A stretch of DNA of 64,000 nt from Alphaproteobacteria bacterium (GCA_016869515.1 VGDZ01000003.1:18804-82803); one strand, 5' to 3'; positions 39,694-49,467 are shown, counted from the stretch's first letter. Translations and numbers: made by a program. The notes: generated by a model from the letters alone, not told the origin.

Positions 39694-41096
39694 ATCCGCT
39701 GCTCTCGGCGCCGCTGTCGGTGCTCAATGTCGGCGTCGGTTCCTTCGCCGACGCCATCGCGTCCCAAGGCGGCACGGCGACGCGAATCGATTGGACCCCG
39801 CCCGCGCAGGGCGATCGGGCCGCCGGCATGGCGCTTGCCCGCTTGGTCAACCATCCCAGGATCGAGGCCGCCAACGCCAAGGCCTATCGAAAGCTTGTGG
39901 CGGCGCAGCCGCGGCTGATCGGAATCGGCGTCGCCGGCAAGACCTTGCCGGGCATAGGCCGGCGCATGATCCTGCACGCCGGGCCGCCGATCGCATGGGC
40001 GCGCATGTGCGGCCCGATGCAGGGCGCCATCATCGGCGCCATCCTGTTCGAGGGCTGGGCGACCAGCGCCGCCAAGGCGCGGGCGCTGGCGGCCAGCGGC
40101 AAGATCGGCTTCGCGCCTTGTCATCATCACGGCGCGGTCGGCCCAATGGCCGGCATCATCAGCCCCTCGATGCCGGTGTGGGCGATCGAGAACGCCGCCG
40201 GCGGCAACCGCACCTACAGCAATCTCAACGAGGGCCTGGGCAAGGTGCTGCGCTTCGGCGCCAACGGCGCCGAAGTGATCGAGCGCTTGCGCTGGATGAG
40301 GACCGTCCTGGCGCCGACCCTGCAGGCCGGCCTCGCGCGCCTCGGTCCGGTCGAACTCAAGCCGCTGATGGCCCAGGCCCTGCACATGGGCGACGAAGTG
40401 CACAACCGCAACGCCGCCGCGACCTCGCTGCTGATCAAGAAGCTGGCGCCGGCGCTGCTCAAGAGCGGCGCGGCATCGGCCGACATCGCCGCCACCATCG
40501 AGTTCATGGCCGGGACCGACCACTTCTTTCTCAACCTGTCGATGGCGGCCTGCAAGGCGATGCTCGACGCCGCGCACGGCGTGCCCTACAGCAGCCTGGT
40601 GACGACCATGGCGCGCAACGGCGTCGATTTCGGGATCCGCGTCGGCGGGCTGGGCCGCCGCTGGTTCACGGCGCCGGCGCCGGTAGTCGACGGACTCTAT
40701 TTCGCCGGCTACGCGATGGCCGACGCCGCCGCCGATCTCGGCGACAGCGCCATCACCGAGACCGCCGGCATCGGCGGCTTCGCCATGGCGGCGGCGCCGG
40801 CGATCGTCAAGTTCGTCGGCGGCACCGCCGCCGATGCCTTGGCCAACACCGTGGCGATGACCCACATCACCCTCGGGCGCAACAACGCCTTCACCCTGCC
40901 GGCGCTGGATTTCGCCGGCACGCCTTGCGGCATCGATGCGCGGCTTGTGGTCGACACCGGCATCCTGCCGGTGATCAACACCGGCATCGCCCACAAGGCG
41001 CCGGGCGTGGGCCAGATCGGTGCCGGCGTCACCCGCGCCCCGCTTGCCTGCTTCACGCAGGCCGTGACGGCGCTGGCAGCCGCGGTCAAGGGCTAG
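39690..41096 (+). CDS. DUF1116-family protein (YlbE-like)
   Basis: ATG overlapping the fdrA stop (ATGA); 468 aa; gene order fdrA-DUF1116-carbamate kinase as in enterobacterial fdrA-ylbE-ylbF-arcC clusters. Confidence 0.7.
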   Translation: MNPLLSAPLSVLNVGVGSFADAIASQGGTATRIDWTPPAQGDRAAGMALARLVNHPRIEAANAKAYRKLVAAQPRLIGIGVAGKTLPGIGRRMILHAGPPIAWARMCGPMQGAIIGAILFEGWATSAAKARALAASGKIGFAPCHHHGAVGPMAGIISPSMPVWAIENAAGGNRTYSNLNEGLGKVLRFGANGAEVIERLRWMRTVLAPTLQAGLARLGPVELKPLMAQALHMGDEVHNRNAAATSLLIKKLAPALLKSGAASADIAATIEFMAGTDHFFLNLSMAACKAMLDAAHGVPYSSLVTTMARNGVDFGIRVGGLGRRWFTAPAPVVDGLYFAGYAMADAAADLGDSAITETAGIGGFAMAAAPAIVKFVGGTAADALANTVAMTHITLGRNNAFTLPALDFAGTPCGIDARLVVDTGILPVINTGIAHKAPGVGQIGAGVTRAPLACFTQAVTALAAAVKG

Positions 41097-41103
41097 CGCC
41101 GTC

Positions 41104-42051
41104 ATGTCGGCGCGCGGTCTGGCGGTGCTGGCGATCGGCGGCAATGCCTTGATCCGCGATCGCCAGCACGAATCGATTCCCGATCAGTCCCGCATGGTCG
41201 AAGCCATCGCCGTCGACATCGCCGACATGATCGTCGAGGGATGGAACGTGGTGGTCACCCACGGCAACGGCCCTCAGGTCGGCTTCATTTTGCGGCGTTC
41301 GGAAATCTCGATCGACGAAGTGCCGCCGGTGCCGATGGACTACGCCGGCGCCGACATCCAGGGCGCGGTCGGTTGGATGTTCGTGCGGGCCTTGCGCAAC
41401 GAATTCCGCCGCCGCGGCATGGCGCGCGAGGCGGTGGCGGTGGTGACGCAGACCGTGGTCGATCGTGCCGATCCGGCCTTCGCCGCGCCGACCAAGCCGA
41501 TCGGTTCGCACATGGACGAAAGCAAGGCCAAGCTCCTTGCTGGCAAGTACGGCTGGACGGTGCGCGAGGATGCCGGGCGCGGCTGGCGGCGGGTGGTGCC
41601 CTCGCCGCGGCCGATCGCCATCGTCGAGGCTGCCGTCATTCGCGACTTGGTCCGGGCCGGCTACGTGGTGGTGGCCTGCGGCGGCGGCGGCATCCCGGTG
41701 GTCAAGGAAGACAACGGCGATCTGCGCGGCGTCGAGGCGGTGATCGACAAGGATCTCGCCTCCAGCCTGCTGGCGCGCAACCTGGGTGCCGACGCGTTGG
41801 TGCTGCCGACCGGCGTCGAGAAAGTCGCGCTCGACTTCAACAAGCCGACCCAGCGCTGGATCGATCGCATGACCCTGGCCGAAGCCAGGCGCCATGCGGC
41901 CGAAGATCAGTTCGACAAGGGCAGCATGGGACCCAAGGTCGCCGCCCTGATCGATTTCGTCGGCGGCGGCGGCAAGCTCGGCCTGATCACCAATCCGCCC
42001 AACCTGCCGCGCGCCTTGCGCGGCGAAACCGGAACCCGCATCGTCGCGTAG
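41104..42051 (+). CDS. arcC: Carbamate kinase
   Basis: Motifs IGGNAL, VTHGNGPQVG, VVACGGGGIPV; 315 aa. Confidence 0.85.
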   Translation: MSARGLAVLAIGGNALIRDRQHESIPDQSRMVEAIAVDIADMIVEGWNVVVTHGNGPQVGFILRRSEISIDEVPPVPMDYAGADIQGAVGWMFVRALRNEFRRRGMAREAVAVVTQTVVDRADPAFAAPTKPIGSHMDESKAKLLAGKYGWTVREDAGRGWRRVVPSPRPIAIVEAAVIRDLVRAGYVVVACGGGGIPVVKEDNGDLRGVEAVIDKDLASSLLARNLGADALVLPTGVEKVALDFNKPTQRWIDRMTLAEARRHAAEDQFDKGSMGPKVAALIDFVGGGGKLGLITNPPNLPRALRGETGTRIVA

Positions 42052-42233
42052 GGCCTCGCCTCGGCCAGCGATGGCCGCAGTTGCTCCAGTCGATTCGAGC
42101 CAGGCGGTTACGGCAATCGATCGCAGCCCTTGGCTCGCTTTTCCGAGTCCTTCCGGATCCCGCCGTCACCCTCCACGGACCACGCCGCGTCCAGGCACGC
42201 GATCGCGCCCAGTTCCGGCGCGTACCCTGCCGC

Positions 42234-43790
42234 TTATTTGCGGTAGGTCCGACCTTTGGGGCCGAGCTGCTCGGGCAAGATGCGATAGGCATCCTCGACC
42301 CAATCGCAAAGCCGTGCGCGGGTTTCGCGCGGATCGATGATGTCGGGCACGCGAAAGCGCTCGGCGGTCAGGAAGGGCGAGGCCAAGTGCTCGTATTTGG
42401 CGTCGAACTCGATCAGGCGCTGCGCGCGCTCCTCGGGCGACAGGCCATCGAGTTCGCGCCGATAGGCGGCGGCGATGCCGCCCTCGAACGGGATCGAACC
42501 CCAGCGCCCCGATGGCCAAGCATAGTGCAAGTTGATGCCCTGCATTCGGGCATAGGCGGTGCCGGCCAGACCGAACAGCCGGCGAATGACGATGGCGCAC
42601 CACGGCACCTTGCTCTGCTCGATCGCCGAGACCACGCGCACCGAGCCGCGGACATTGCCTTGGCGCTCACCCTCGATTCCCACCACCGTGCCGGGCTGAT
42701 CGACGAAATTGACGATCGGCAGATGGAAGGTGTCGCAGAAGTCGACGAAGGTCTCCATTTTCTCGGCCGCCGGGCGATTGAGCCCGCCGCCGAACTTGTA
42801 GGGATCGTTGGCGATGACGCCGACCGGGTAGCCGTCGAGCCGCGCCAGGCAGGTAACCACCGAGCCGCCGAAATTGGGCGTCATCTCGAACACCGAGTCC
42901 CGGTCCATCACCAGTTCGACGATGCGGCGGACCTTGTAGACCTGCCGGCGATCGCGCGGAATGATCGACAGCAGCGCTTCCTCGGCGCGATTGGGGTCGT
43001 CCCCCGATTGCCTGCGCGGCGGCATTTGAAATACCGAATCCGGCACATAGGACAGCCAGCGCCGAATCAGGGCGAAGGCGTGCTCCTCGCTCTCGGCCTC
43101 GTTGTCGATCACGCCCGATTGCCGGGTGTGAAGCGCGGAGCCGCCCAACGCCTCCTTGTCCGGACGCGAGCCCATGCCGCGCTCGACCACCGGCGGCCCG
43201 CCCGCCATGACCTGGCTGGTGCCCTTGACCATGACCGAAAAATGCGCGCAGGCCGCTTTTAGCGCTCCCAGTCCGGCGCAGGGTCCCATGGCGATGGCGG
43301 CGACCGGGATGTAGCCCAGCAAGCCGACCATCTGCCAGGTCGGATAGCCCGGAATCTTGGTCGAGCCCTGCTGCTCGACCAGCCGCACCGAGCCGCCGGC
43401 ACTTTCGACCAGCCGGATCAGCGGCATGCGATGCTCGAAGGCGTAGTTTTCCGAGTAGATCCATTTCTCCGACACCGTCGCCTCGGACGAACCGCCGCGC
43501 ACGGTGAAATCGTCGGCGTCGATCGAGACCTTGCGGCCGTCCAGCCTGGCGGTGCCGATGATGGTGTTGGAGGGACGCACCGCGACCAGCCGATGATTCT
43601 TGTCGTATTCGGCCTTTCCCGCCAGCATGCCGAGTTCCCGCCAGCTGCCCTTGTCGACCAGCCGGTCGATCCGCTCGCGGGCCGTCAGGCGGCCTTCGGC
43701 GTGCTGCCGCTCGATTCCCTCCTTGCCGCCCAGTTCCAACGCGAAGGCACGCCGCCGCTTCAGTTCCTCGACCTCAGGCCCCCAACTCAT
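42234..43790 (-). CDS. Acyl-CoA carboxylase carboxyltransferase subunit (propionyl-CoA carboxylase beta / methylmalonyl-CoA carboxyltransferase 12S-like), paralog 1
   Basis: Start at MSWGPEVEEL (Met 162 of the track ORF); two crotonase-like CT domains (GGSxE, GPCAGLGA, IANDPYKFGG). Confidence 0.85.
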   Translation of the reverse strand: MSWGPEVEELKRRRAFALELGGKEGIERQHAEGRLTARERIDRLVDKGSWRELGMLAGKAEYDKNHRLVAVRPSNTIIGTARLDGRKVSIDADDFTVRGGSSEATVSEKWIYSENYAFEHRMPLIRLVESAGGSVRLVEQQGSTKIPGYPTWQMVGLLGYIPVAAIAMGPCAGLGALKAACAHFSVMVKGTSQVMAGGPPVVERGMGSRPDKEALGGSALHTRQSGVIDNEAESEEHAFALIRRWLSYVPDSVFQMPPRRQSGDDPNRAEEALLSIIPRDRRQVYKVRRIVELVMDRDSVFEMTPNFGGSVVTCLARLDGYPVGVIANDPYKFGGGLNRPAAEKMETFVDFCDTFHLPIVNFVDQPGTVVGIEGERQGNVRGSVRVVSAIEQSKVPWCAIVIRRLFGLAGTAYARMQGINLHYAWPSGRWGSIPFEGGIAAAYRRELDGLSPEERAQRLIEFDAKYEHLASPFLTAERFRVPDIIDPRETRARLCDWVEDAYRILPEQLGPKGRTYRK

Positions 43791-43922
43791 CGTCCCGCTC
43801 CTTCCGCCGAGGGTTCGCCACCGCCGGCCGTATCGTTTTCGGGTTTGCACGTGCGCTTGTTGACAATCATACACGAACAACGTTGACTGAACGCAAGCAT
43901 CGCACGGGAGTTTTGCGCCGCC

Positions 43923-45458
43923 ATGGCATTCGAGAAGCACATCGCCGAGCACGCGCAGCGCCTGGCCAAGGTCAAGGCCATGGGAGGACCGGCCAAGCTC
44001 AAGCGGCTCTCGGACCAGGGACTGCTCAACGCGCGACAGCGGGTCGACTACCTGTTCGATCCCGGCAGTTTCCTGGAGGTCGGAGAATTCGCGGTCTCGG
44101 ATCGCGCCGACGCCAAGGACGACACCCCGGCCGACGGCAAGGTCACCGGCTATGGCCGCATCGACGGCCGCGAGGCGGCGGTGGTGTCGCACGACATCAC
44201 CGTCAAGAGCGCCTCGTCCTCGCCGATCAATGTCCGCAAGATGGCGCATATGCGCCGCGTCTCGCAAAGCCAAGGCATCCCCTTGGTGCTCCTGAACGAA
44301 AGCTCAGGCGCGCGAATTCCCGACACCATGGGCGCGATCGGCACCGGCACGCTTGGCCAGGACCCGTCGCAGTTCGTGCGCTTCCGCGAGAACCCCTATG
44401 TCTCGGCGGTGCTGGGCCCGGCCTTCGGCACCGCCTGCTGGTTCTCGATGCTGTCGGATTTCGTGGTGATGCGGAAGGGCGCGCAGCTGGCGATCTCCAG
44501 CCCGCGGGTGACGTCGATCGCCATCAACCAGCACATCGATCCCGAGGAACTGGCCGGCGCGCGCATGCACCAAGAGGTCACCGGCAAGGTCGATTTCGTG
44601 GTCGATTCCGACCAGGCCGCGATCGACATGGTCAAACGTTTCCTGTCCTACCTTCCCAGCCACCACAACGAATTGCCGCCGGTGGCGGCGGTTCCGGCCG
44701 GTTCGGACGACGCCGCGCGCGGCCTGCTCGACATCGTTCCCGAGGATCGAGCCAAGGTCTACGACGTCCGCAAGGTGATTGCCGCCATCGCCGACACCGG
44801 CAGCGTGCTGCCGCTGAAGGAGAAGTTCGCCCGCACCGCGGTCACTGCGCTCGGGCGCATCGAAGGGCAGACGGTCGGCTTCGTCGCCTCCAATCCGCTG
44901 ATCAAGGCCGGCTCGCTGGATGCCGATTCCTGCGACAAGATCACCACCTTCCTGGTGCTGTGCGATTCCTTCAACATCCCGATCGTCCTGCTGGTCGATA
45001 CCCCGGGGTTCCTGATCGGGGTCGAGGGCGAGCGCAAGAAGGCGCCCGGCCGGGTGATGAACTTCATGGCCGCGCTGCAGATGTGCACGGTGCCCAAGTT
45101 CTCGATCGTCATGCGCAAGAGCTACGGCCAGGCCTATCTCAACATGGGCGGAACGCGCAACACCGACGAGATGCTGGCCTGGTACTGCGCCGATGTCGGC
45201 TTCATGGATCCCAATGTCGGCGTCAACGTGGTCTATGGCGTGACGCGCGAGAAGGAGCCCGAGCGCTTCCAGCAACTGGTCGACGAGATCCGCCGCGGCT
45301 CCGGCCCCTACGACCTGGCGTCGATCTTCGCCGCGCAGAAGGTGATCGATCCGCGCGAAAGCCGCTCGGTGCTGGCGCGCCTGCTGCAGGTCCATCGCAA
45401 GCGCCCCAGCCGCGGCATTGGCAAGCACCATCTGGGCAATTGGCCCACGACCTTCTAG
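43923..45458 (+). CDS. Acyl-CoA carboxylase carboxyltransferase subunit, paralog 2 (divergently transcribed)
   Basis: 511 aa; same two-domain CT architecture as paralog 1 (ITVKSASS, GPAFGTACWFS, VASNPLIKAGSLD). Confidence 0.85.
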   Translation: MAFEKHIAEHAQRLAKVKAMGGPAKLKRLSDQGLLNARQRVDYLFDPGSFLEVGEFAVSDRADAKDDTPADGKVTGYGRIDGREAAVVSHDITVKSASSSPINVRKMAHMRRVSQSQGIPLVLLNESSGARIPDTMGAIGTGTLGQDPSQFVRFRENPYVSAVLGPAFGTACWFSMLSDFVVMRKGAQLAISSPRVTSIAINQHIDPEELAGARMHQEVTGKVDFVVDSDQAAIDMVKRFLSYLPSHHNELPPVAAVPAGSDDAARGLLDIVPEDRAKVYDVRKVIAAIADTGSVLPLKEKFARTAVTALGRIEGQTVGFVASNPLIKAGSLDADSCDKITTFLVLCDSFNIPIVLLVDTPGFLIGVEGERKKAPGRVMNFMAALQMCTVPKFSIVMRKSYGQAYLNMGGTRNTDEMLAWYCADVGFMDPNVGVNVVYGVTREKEPERFQQLVDEIRRGSGPYDLASIFAAQKVIDPRESRSVLARLLQVHRKRPSRGIGKHHLGNWPTTF

Positions 45459-45492
45459 TGGTTTCCGGTCAACCGACAAGTGGAGCGAAAAC

Positions 45493-45714
45493 GTGGCCGT
45501 CGAAAAAGTAAAATCCGAGATCACCGGCAAGGTCTGGAAGCTGATCGCCAAGCCCGGCCAGAAACTGGCCGAAGAAGAGACCATCATCCTGATCGAATCG
45601 ATGAAGATGGAAATCCCGGTGATGGCGCCCGCCGCCTGCACGCTCAAGCGCGTTCTGGTCGGCGAGGGCGACGATGTGGCCGAGGGCCAGGATCTGGCGG
45701 AGATCGAGCTTTGA
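45493..45714 (+). CDS. Small biotin carboxyl-carrier / biotinyl-domain protein (~73 aa)
   Basis: GTG 45493 preceded by a GGAG ribosome-binding site; biotinylation motif IESMKMEIPV. Confidence 0.7.
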   Translation: MAVEKVKSEITGKVWKLIAKPGQKLAEEETIILIESMKMEIPVMAPAACTLKRVLVGEGDDVAEGQDLAEIEL

Positions 45715-45787
45715 CCGGTTCGCGCCGCCGCCGTTTCCGCCCGCCGTGCTAGGCTCCGGTACGATGCCGGCTGCGGGGAATAGTGGC

Positions 45788-46525
45788 ATGAGCAAGACGC
45801 CCTTTCGCGGCGCCGCGGGCGCCTTCGGCCGCGACGACCTGAACTGGACGCCCAGCCGCGTCGCGCAGACATTGTCGCTGTCGGAGCAGATCGCCGGCAA
45901 CGTCGGCAATGCCATCATCAGGGGCGACTACCAGCCCGGCCAGCGCGTGCAGGAACAGGAACTGGCCGACCAGTTCCATGTCAGCCGCGGCCCGGTGCGC
46001 GAGGCGCTGCGGCTGCTGGAGCGCGACGGGCTGGTGCAGATCCATGCCCGCCGCGGCGCCCACGTCACCCAGCTCGGCCGCGACGAGGTCAGCGATCTGT
46101 TCGAGGTGCGGATCGTGCTGATCGGGTTGGCCGCCAAGATCATCGCCGAGAACCGCAATCCCGACGTGGTGCGCGAGATCCGCCGCGGCGTCGAGCAGCT
46201 CGGGCGCCTGGTCAAGGACCGCGCCGGCACCGACAGCTATGTCGGCGCGATCTATCGGCTCAATCTGGTGCTGGCCGAGGGCAGCGGCAATCCCTATCTC
46301 GGCGACATGATCTTTTCGCTGGCGCATCGCACGCTGCGCTATGCCCGGCTGGGCCTGTCGACCGAGGCGCGACGCCAGCAATCGGTGCGAACCTGGCGCC
46401 AGGTGATCGCGGCGATCGAACGCGGCGACGCCGATGCGGCGCGCGCTCAGGCCGAAAAGCTGGTGCGCGCCAGCCGCGACATGGCGGTCAGTCTCTTGCC
46501 CGCGCCGACGTCGAAGCCGGATTAG
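45788..46525 (+). CDS. GntR-family transcriptional regulator (FCD subfamily)
   Basis: wHTH LADQFHVSRGPVREAL; FCD-type C-terminal domain; alternative ATG at 45764. Confidence 0.8.
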   Translation: MSKTPFRGAAGAFGRDDLNWTPSRVAQTLSLSEQIAGNVGNAIIRGDYQPGQRVQEQELADQFHVSRGPVREALRLLERDGLVQIHARRGAHVTQLGRDEVSDLFEVRIVLIGLAAKIIAENRNPDVVREIRRGVEQLGRLVKDRAGTDSYVGAIYRLNLVLAEGSGNPYLGDMIFSLAHRTLRYARLGLSTEARRQQSVRTWRQVIAAIERGDADAARAQAEKLVRASRDMAVSLLPAPTSKPD

Positions 46526-47970
46526 CCGGTCGAGCCGGCGCTGCGCTCGAATCCCGCTACCGCGGCCAGGGCGATTGCGGCCTGGCTCATCTCGTCGAAC
46601 ACCGGAATGCCGAGCGCGACCGCGCGCGCACGATAACCGCGCTTGCGGGCGTCGACCTCGGCCGAGCCGTCGGAGCGCAACACCAGGACCAGATGCGCGG
46701 CGCCGGGATGCCGCGATCGTGCCCGCAGCGCCGCCTGCACCAGGTTCTCGACGAAATCGGCGCGTTGATCGGCCGAGGCGGCGAAGACCGGCAGGTTGAT
46801 GTGCATGACCACCGCGTCGGGCCGCTCGAGCCGCAGCACGGCGTCGAGGACCCGCTCGGCGACGCGGCCTTCGTCCTGGCGCAAGGCCCCGGCCGGGGCG
46901 TCGATCGGATTGACCACGCTCGTGCCGGGCGGCAGCTGCAAGGCCTCCAGCGCCGCGATCGCGTCCGGCGCCATCGCCGCCACCGACAGGCCGGCGCGGG
47001 CGAAGGCGTCGGCCGCCAGCACGCTGGTTCCTCCGCCATTGCCGAACAGCACCACCCGCCGCGTTCCCGCGCCGGGGCGCGGCGCCAGGGTCTGGAAAGC
47101 CAACAGCGTGTCCAGGAACCGATCGAGCGTGCTCGTCATCGCCGCGCCGGTCTGGCGGGCAAGGCCGCTCCAGATGCGGGCATCCGAGGCCAGCGATCCG
47201 GTGTGCGAGGCGGCGGCCTTGCGTCCCTGCTCGGTCTGGCCGCCGAGCAGCAGCACCACCGGCTTGACGCCGCGGGCCGCGCGCATGGCCTCGAAGAAGC
47301 GGCGGCCGTCCTTGACGTCCTCGAGATAGAGCCCGATCGCCCGCGTCGCCGGATCGTCGAGGTAGAATGCCAGCAAATCGGCCGGACCGAGGTCGAGGCT
47401 GTTGCCGATGGTGACCACGCCCGAAAACCCCAAGCCGCGCTGGGCGCCGCGCAAGATGATGTCGACCGCGAGACCGCCCGATTGCGAGACGATGCCGATC
47501 GCGCCCTCGGCCGGCGGCGAACCGCCGACGAAACTGATGCGGCCGCGCGGGCTGTAGGTGCCGAGGCAGTTGGGCCCCAGCAGCCTCACCCCGCTCTCGG
47601 CCACCGCCGCCCGCAGCTTGGCGTCGAGCGCTTGACCCGCAGCGATCTCGCCGAAGCCCGAGGAGATCACTTGGGCGAAACGCAACTTGCCCTTGGCGCC
47701 GGCGATCACCGCCGGCACTTGGGTCGCGCCGACCGCGACATAGGCATAGTCGACCGGCTCCGGCAGCTCGGCAAAGCCGCGCGCGCAGGGCAAGCCCTCG
47801 ATGCTGGCCGCGGTGGGATGAATCGGAACGATCTTGCCGGCGAAACCCAATGCCAGGCTGTGGCGAATGAATTCGTTGCCGGGCGTGATTCCGGTCGCGG
47901 ACGCGCCGATCACCGCGACCGTGCGCGGCGCGAACAACGGCGCAAAGCGCGCGCCGATCGGATCGCTCAT
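46522..47970 (-). CDS. Acyl-CoA synthetase (ADP/NDP-forming) alpha-type CoA-binding subunit
   Basis: 482 aa; CoA-binding N-terminus (VAVIGAS, KIVPIHP) and succinyl-CoA-synthetase-alpha-like ligase domain (GPNCLG, IVSQSGG). Confidence 0.75.
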   Translation of the reverse strand: MSDPIGARFAPLFAPRTVAVIGASATGITPGNEFIRHSLALGFAGKIVPIHPTAASIEGLPCARGFAELPEPVDYAYVAVGATQVPAVIAGAKGKLRFAQVISSGFGEIAAGQALDAKLRAAVAESGVRLLGPNCLGTYSPRGRISFVGGSPPAEGAIGIVSQSGGLAVDIILRGAQRGLGFSGVVTIGNSLDLGPADLLAFYLDDPATRAIGLYLEDVKDGRRFFEAMRAARGVKPVVLLLGGQTEQGRKAAASHTGSLASDARIWSGLARQTGAAMTSTLDRFLDTLLAFQTLAPRPGAGTRRVVLFGNGGGTSVLAADAFARAGLSVAAMAPDAIAALEALQLPPGTSVVNPIDAPAGALRQDEGRVAERVLDAVLRLERPDAVVMHINLPVFAASADQRADFVENLVQAALRARSRHPGAAHLVLVLRSDGSAEVDARKRGYRARAVALGIPVFDEMSQAAIALAAVAGFERSAGSTG

Positions 47971-48677
47971 GCCGGCACGATCCGGGCGTCGCAGGCGACC
48001 GCGCCCCGGGGCGCGACGATCAGCGGATTGACGTCGAGCGATCGAATCGACGCCCCCAGCCGCTCCATCAAACCTCCAGCGCCCCCTACCGCCAGCAGCG
48101 CCGCGACCACTGCCGCTTCGTCAAGGCGGGGACCGCCGCGCGCGCCGCGCAGCAGGGCCACCGCACGCAACTCCTCTAGCATGTCCTTTGCGTCGGCGGG
48201 CGCGACCGGGCAGACGCGAAACGCCACGTCTTCGAACAGTTCGACGAATATCCCGCCCAGCCCGGCCATGATCACAGGACCGAAGCGCGGGTCGACCACG
48301 CCGCCGATCACCATCTCGCAACCGGCCGGCGCGGTCTCCTCGACCAGCAGGCCGTCCAAACCGAGGCCGCGCTCGCGCGCCAGGCGGGCCAAGGCCTCAA
48401 GCGCCTCCAGCAGCGCTGCCGCATCGCTTAGGCCCAGCCGAACGCCCCCGAGATCGCTCTTGTGGACGGCGTCGGGCGAGACCAGCTTGGCCACCAGCGG
48501 GAAGGTCAAGCCCGCGGTCGCCGCGGCCCGCGCCGCCGCCGCCGGATCCGCGCCGACCACGCCCCGCGGAACCGCGATTCCGGCATCGACCAGGATGCGC
48601 TTGGAAGACACTTCGTCCAGCGCGGTACGCCCTTCGGCCCGGGCGGCCGCCACCAATCGCTTGGCGAGGTCCATAGC
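47967..48677 (-). CDS. Acyl-CoA synthetase (ADP-forming) beta-type ATP-grasp subunit
   Basis: Start at MDLAKRL (Met 132 of the track ORF); ATP-grasp-like (FPLVAKLVSPDAVHKSDLGGV); 4-bp overlap with the downstream alpha subunit. Confidence 0.7.
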   Translation of the reverse strand, partial: AMDLAKRLVAAARAEGRTALDEVSSKRILVDAGIAVPRGVVGADPAAAARAAATAGLTFPLVAKLVSPDAVHKSDLGGVRLGLSDAAALLEALEALARLARERGLGLDGLLVEETAPAGCEMVIGGVVDPRFGPVIMAGLGGIFVELFEDVAFRVCPVAPADAKDMLEELRAVALLRGARGGPRLDEAAVVAALLAVGGAGGLMERLGASIRSLDVNPLIVAPRGAVACDARIVPA

Positions 48678-49426
48678 TAGCGACCCCCGCCGACATCGAC
48701 GATCGCCCCGGCGACATAGGACGCGCCGGGAGAGGCCAGCCAGAGAATGGCGTCGGCAACTTCGACGGCGTCGCCGGCGCGCCGCATCGGAATCTGGGTC
48801 TTGGCCTTTTCGACGCGATCGGGCAGCCCTGCCGCGACATGGATCTCGGTATCGATCAGGCCGGGGCGGACGCAATTGACCCGGATGCCCTCGCCGGCCA
48901 GCTCCTGGGCCGCGCCGATGGTGAAGGCATCGAGCGCGCCCTTGCTGGCGGCATAGTCGACCCAAAGACCCGGCGCCCCCACCCGCGCTGCCAGCGAACC
49001 CACCACCACGATCGATCCGCCCTTGCCGCCATGGCGGGTGGACATGCGGCGGATGGCCTCGCGCGCGCACAGAATGACGCCGGTGACGTTGACCGCCAGC
49101 AGGGCATTGATGTCGGCGGCCACGGCCGCTTCGAGGTGCCGCCTGCGGCCACCGGAGGTGCCGGCATTGGCGACCACCGCGTCGATCCGTCCGAATTCGG
49201 CGTCGACGGCAGCGAACATCCGCACGATGTCCGCTTCCTGGGCCATGTCGGCCTGGACGGCGAGCGCGCGACGGCCCGCGGCACGCACGGCCTCGGCCAC
49301 GCCCAGCGCCGCCGGACCGTCGCGCCGGTAGGCGATGGCGACATCCCAGCCGCGCTCGGCCGCCAGACGGGCGGTGGCGGCGCCGATGCCGCGGCTGCCG
49401 CCGGTGACCAGCATCACCCCGGTCAT
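48677..49426 (-). CDS. SDR-family short-chain dehydrogenase/reductase
   Basis: TGGSRGIG cofactor motif, NAG, catalytic YAASKGA (YxxxK). Confidence 0.8.
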   Translation of the reverse strand: MTGVMLVTGGSRGIGAATARLAAERGWDVAIAYRRDGPAALGVAEAVRAAGRRALAVQADMAQEADIVRMFAAVDAEFGRIDAVVANAGTSGGRRRHLEAAVAADINALLAVNVTGVILCAREAIRRMSTRHGGKGGSIVVVGSLAARVGAPGLWVDYAASKGALDAFTIGAAQELAGEGIRVNCVRPGLIDTEIHVAAGLPDRVEKAKTQIPMRRAGDAVEVADAILWLASPGASYVAGAIVDVGGGR

Positions 49427-49467
49427 CGCCACTCCTTCAATTGACGCCTCGCGCCATTGCCAGGACA

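Noticed and set aside
43791-43922. Possible small ORF or riboswitch in the divergent region between the two carboxyltransferase genes
   Set aside because: It contains only promoter-like hexamers (TTGACA) and no conserved structure that I can recognise. It is treated as an ordinary bidirectional promoter.
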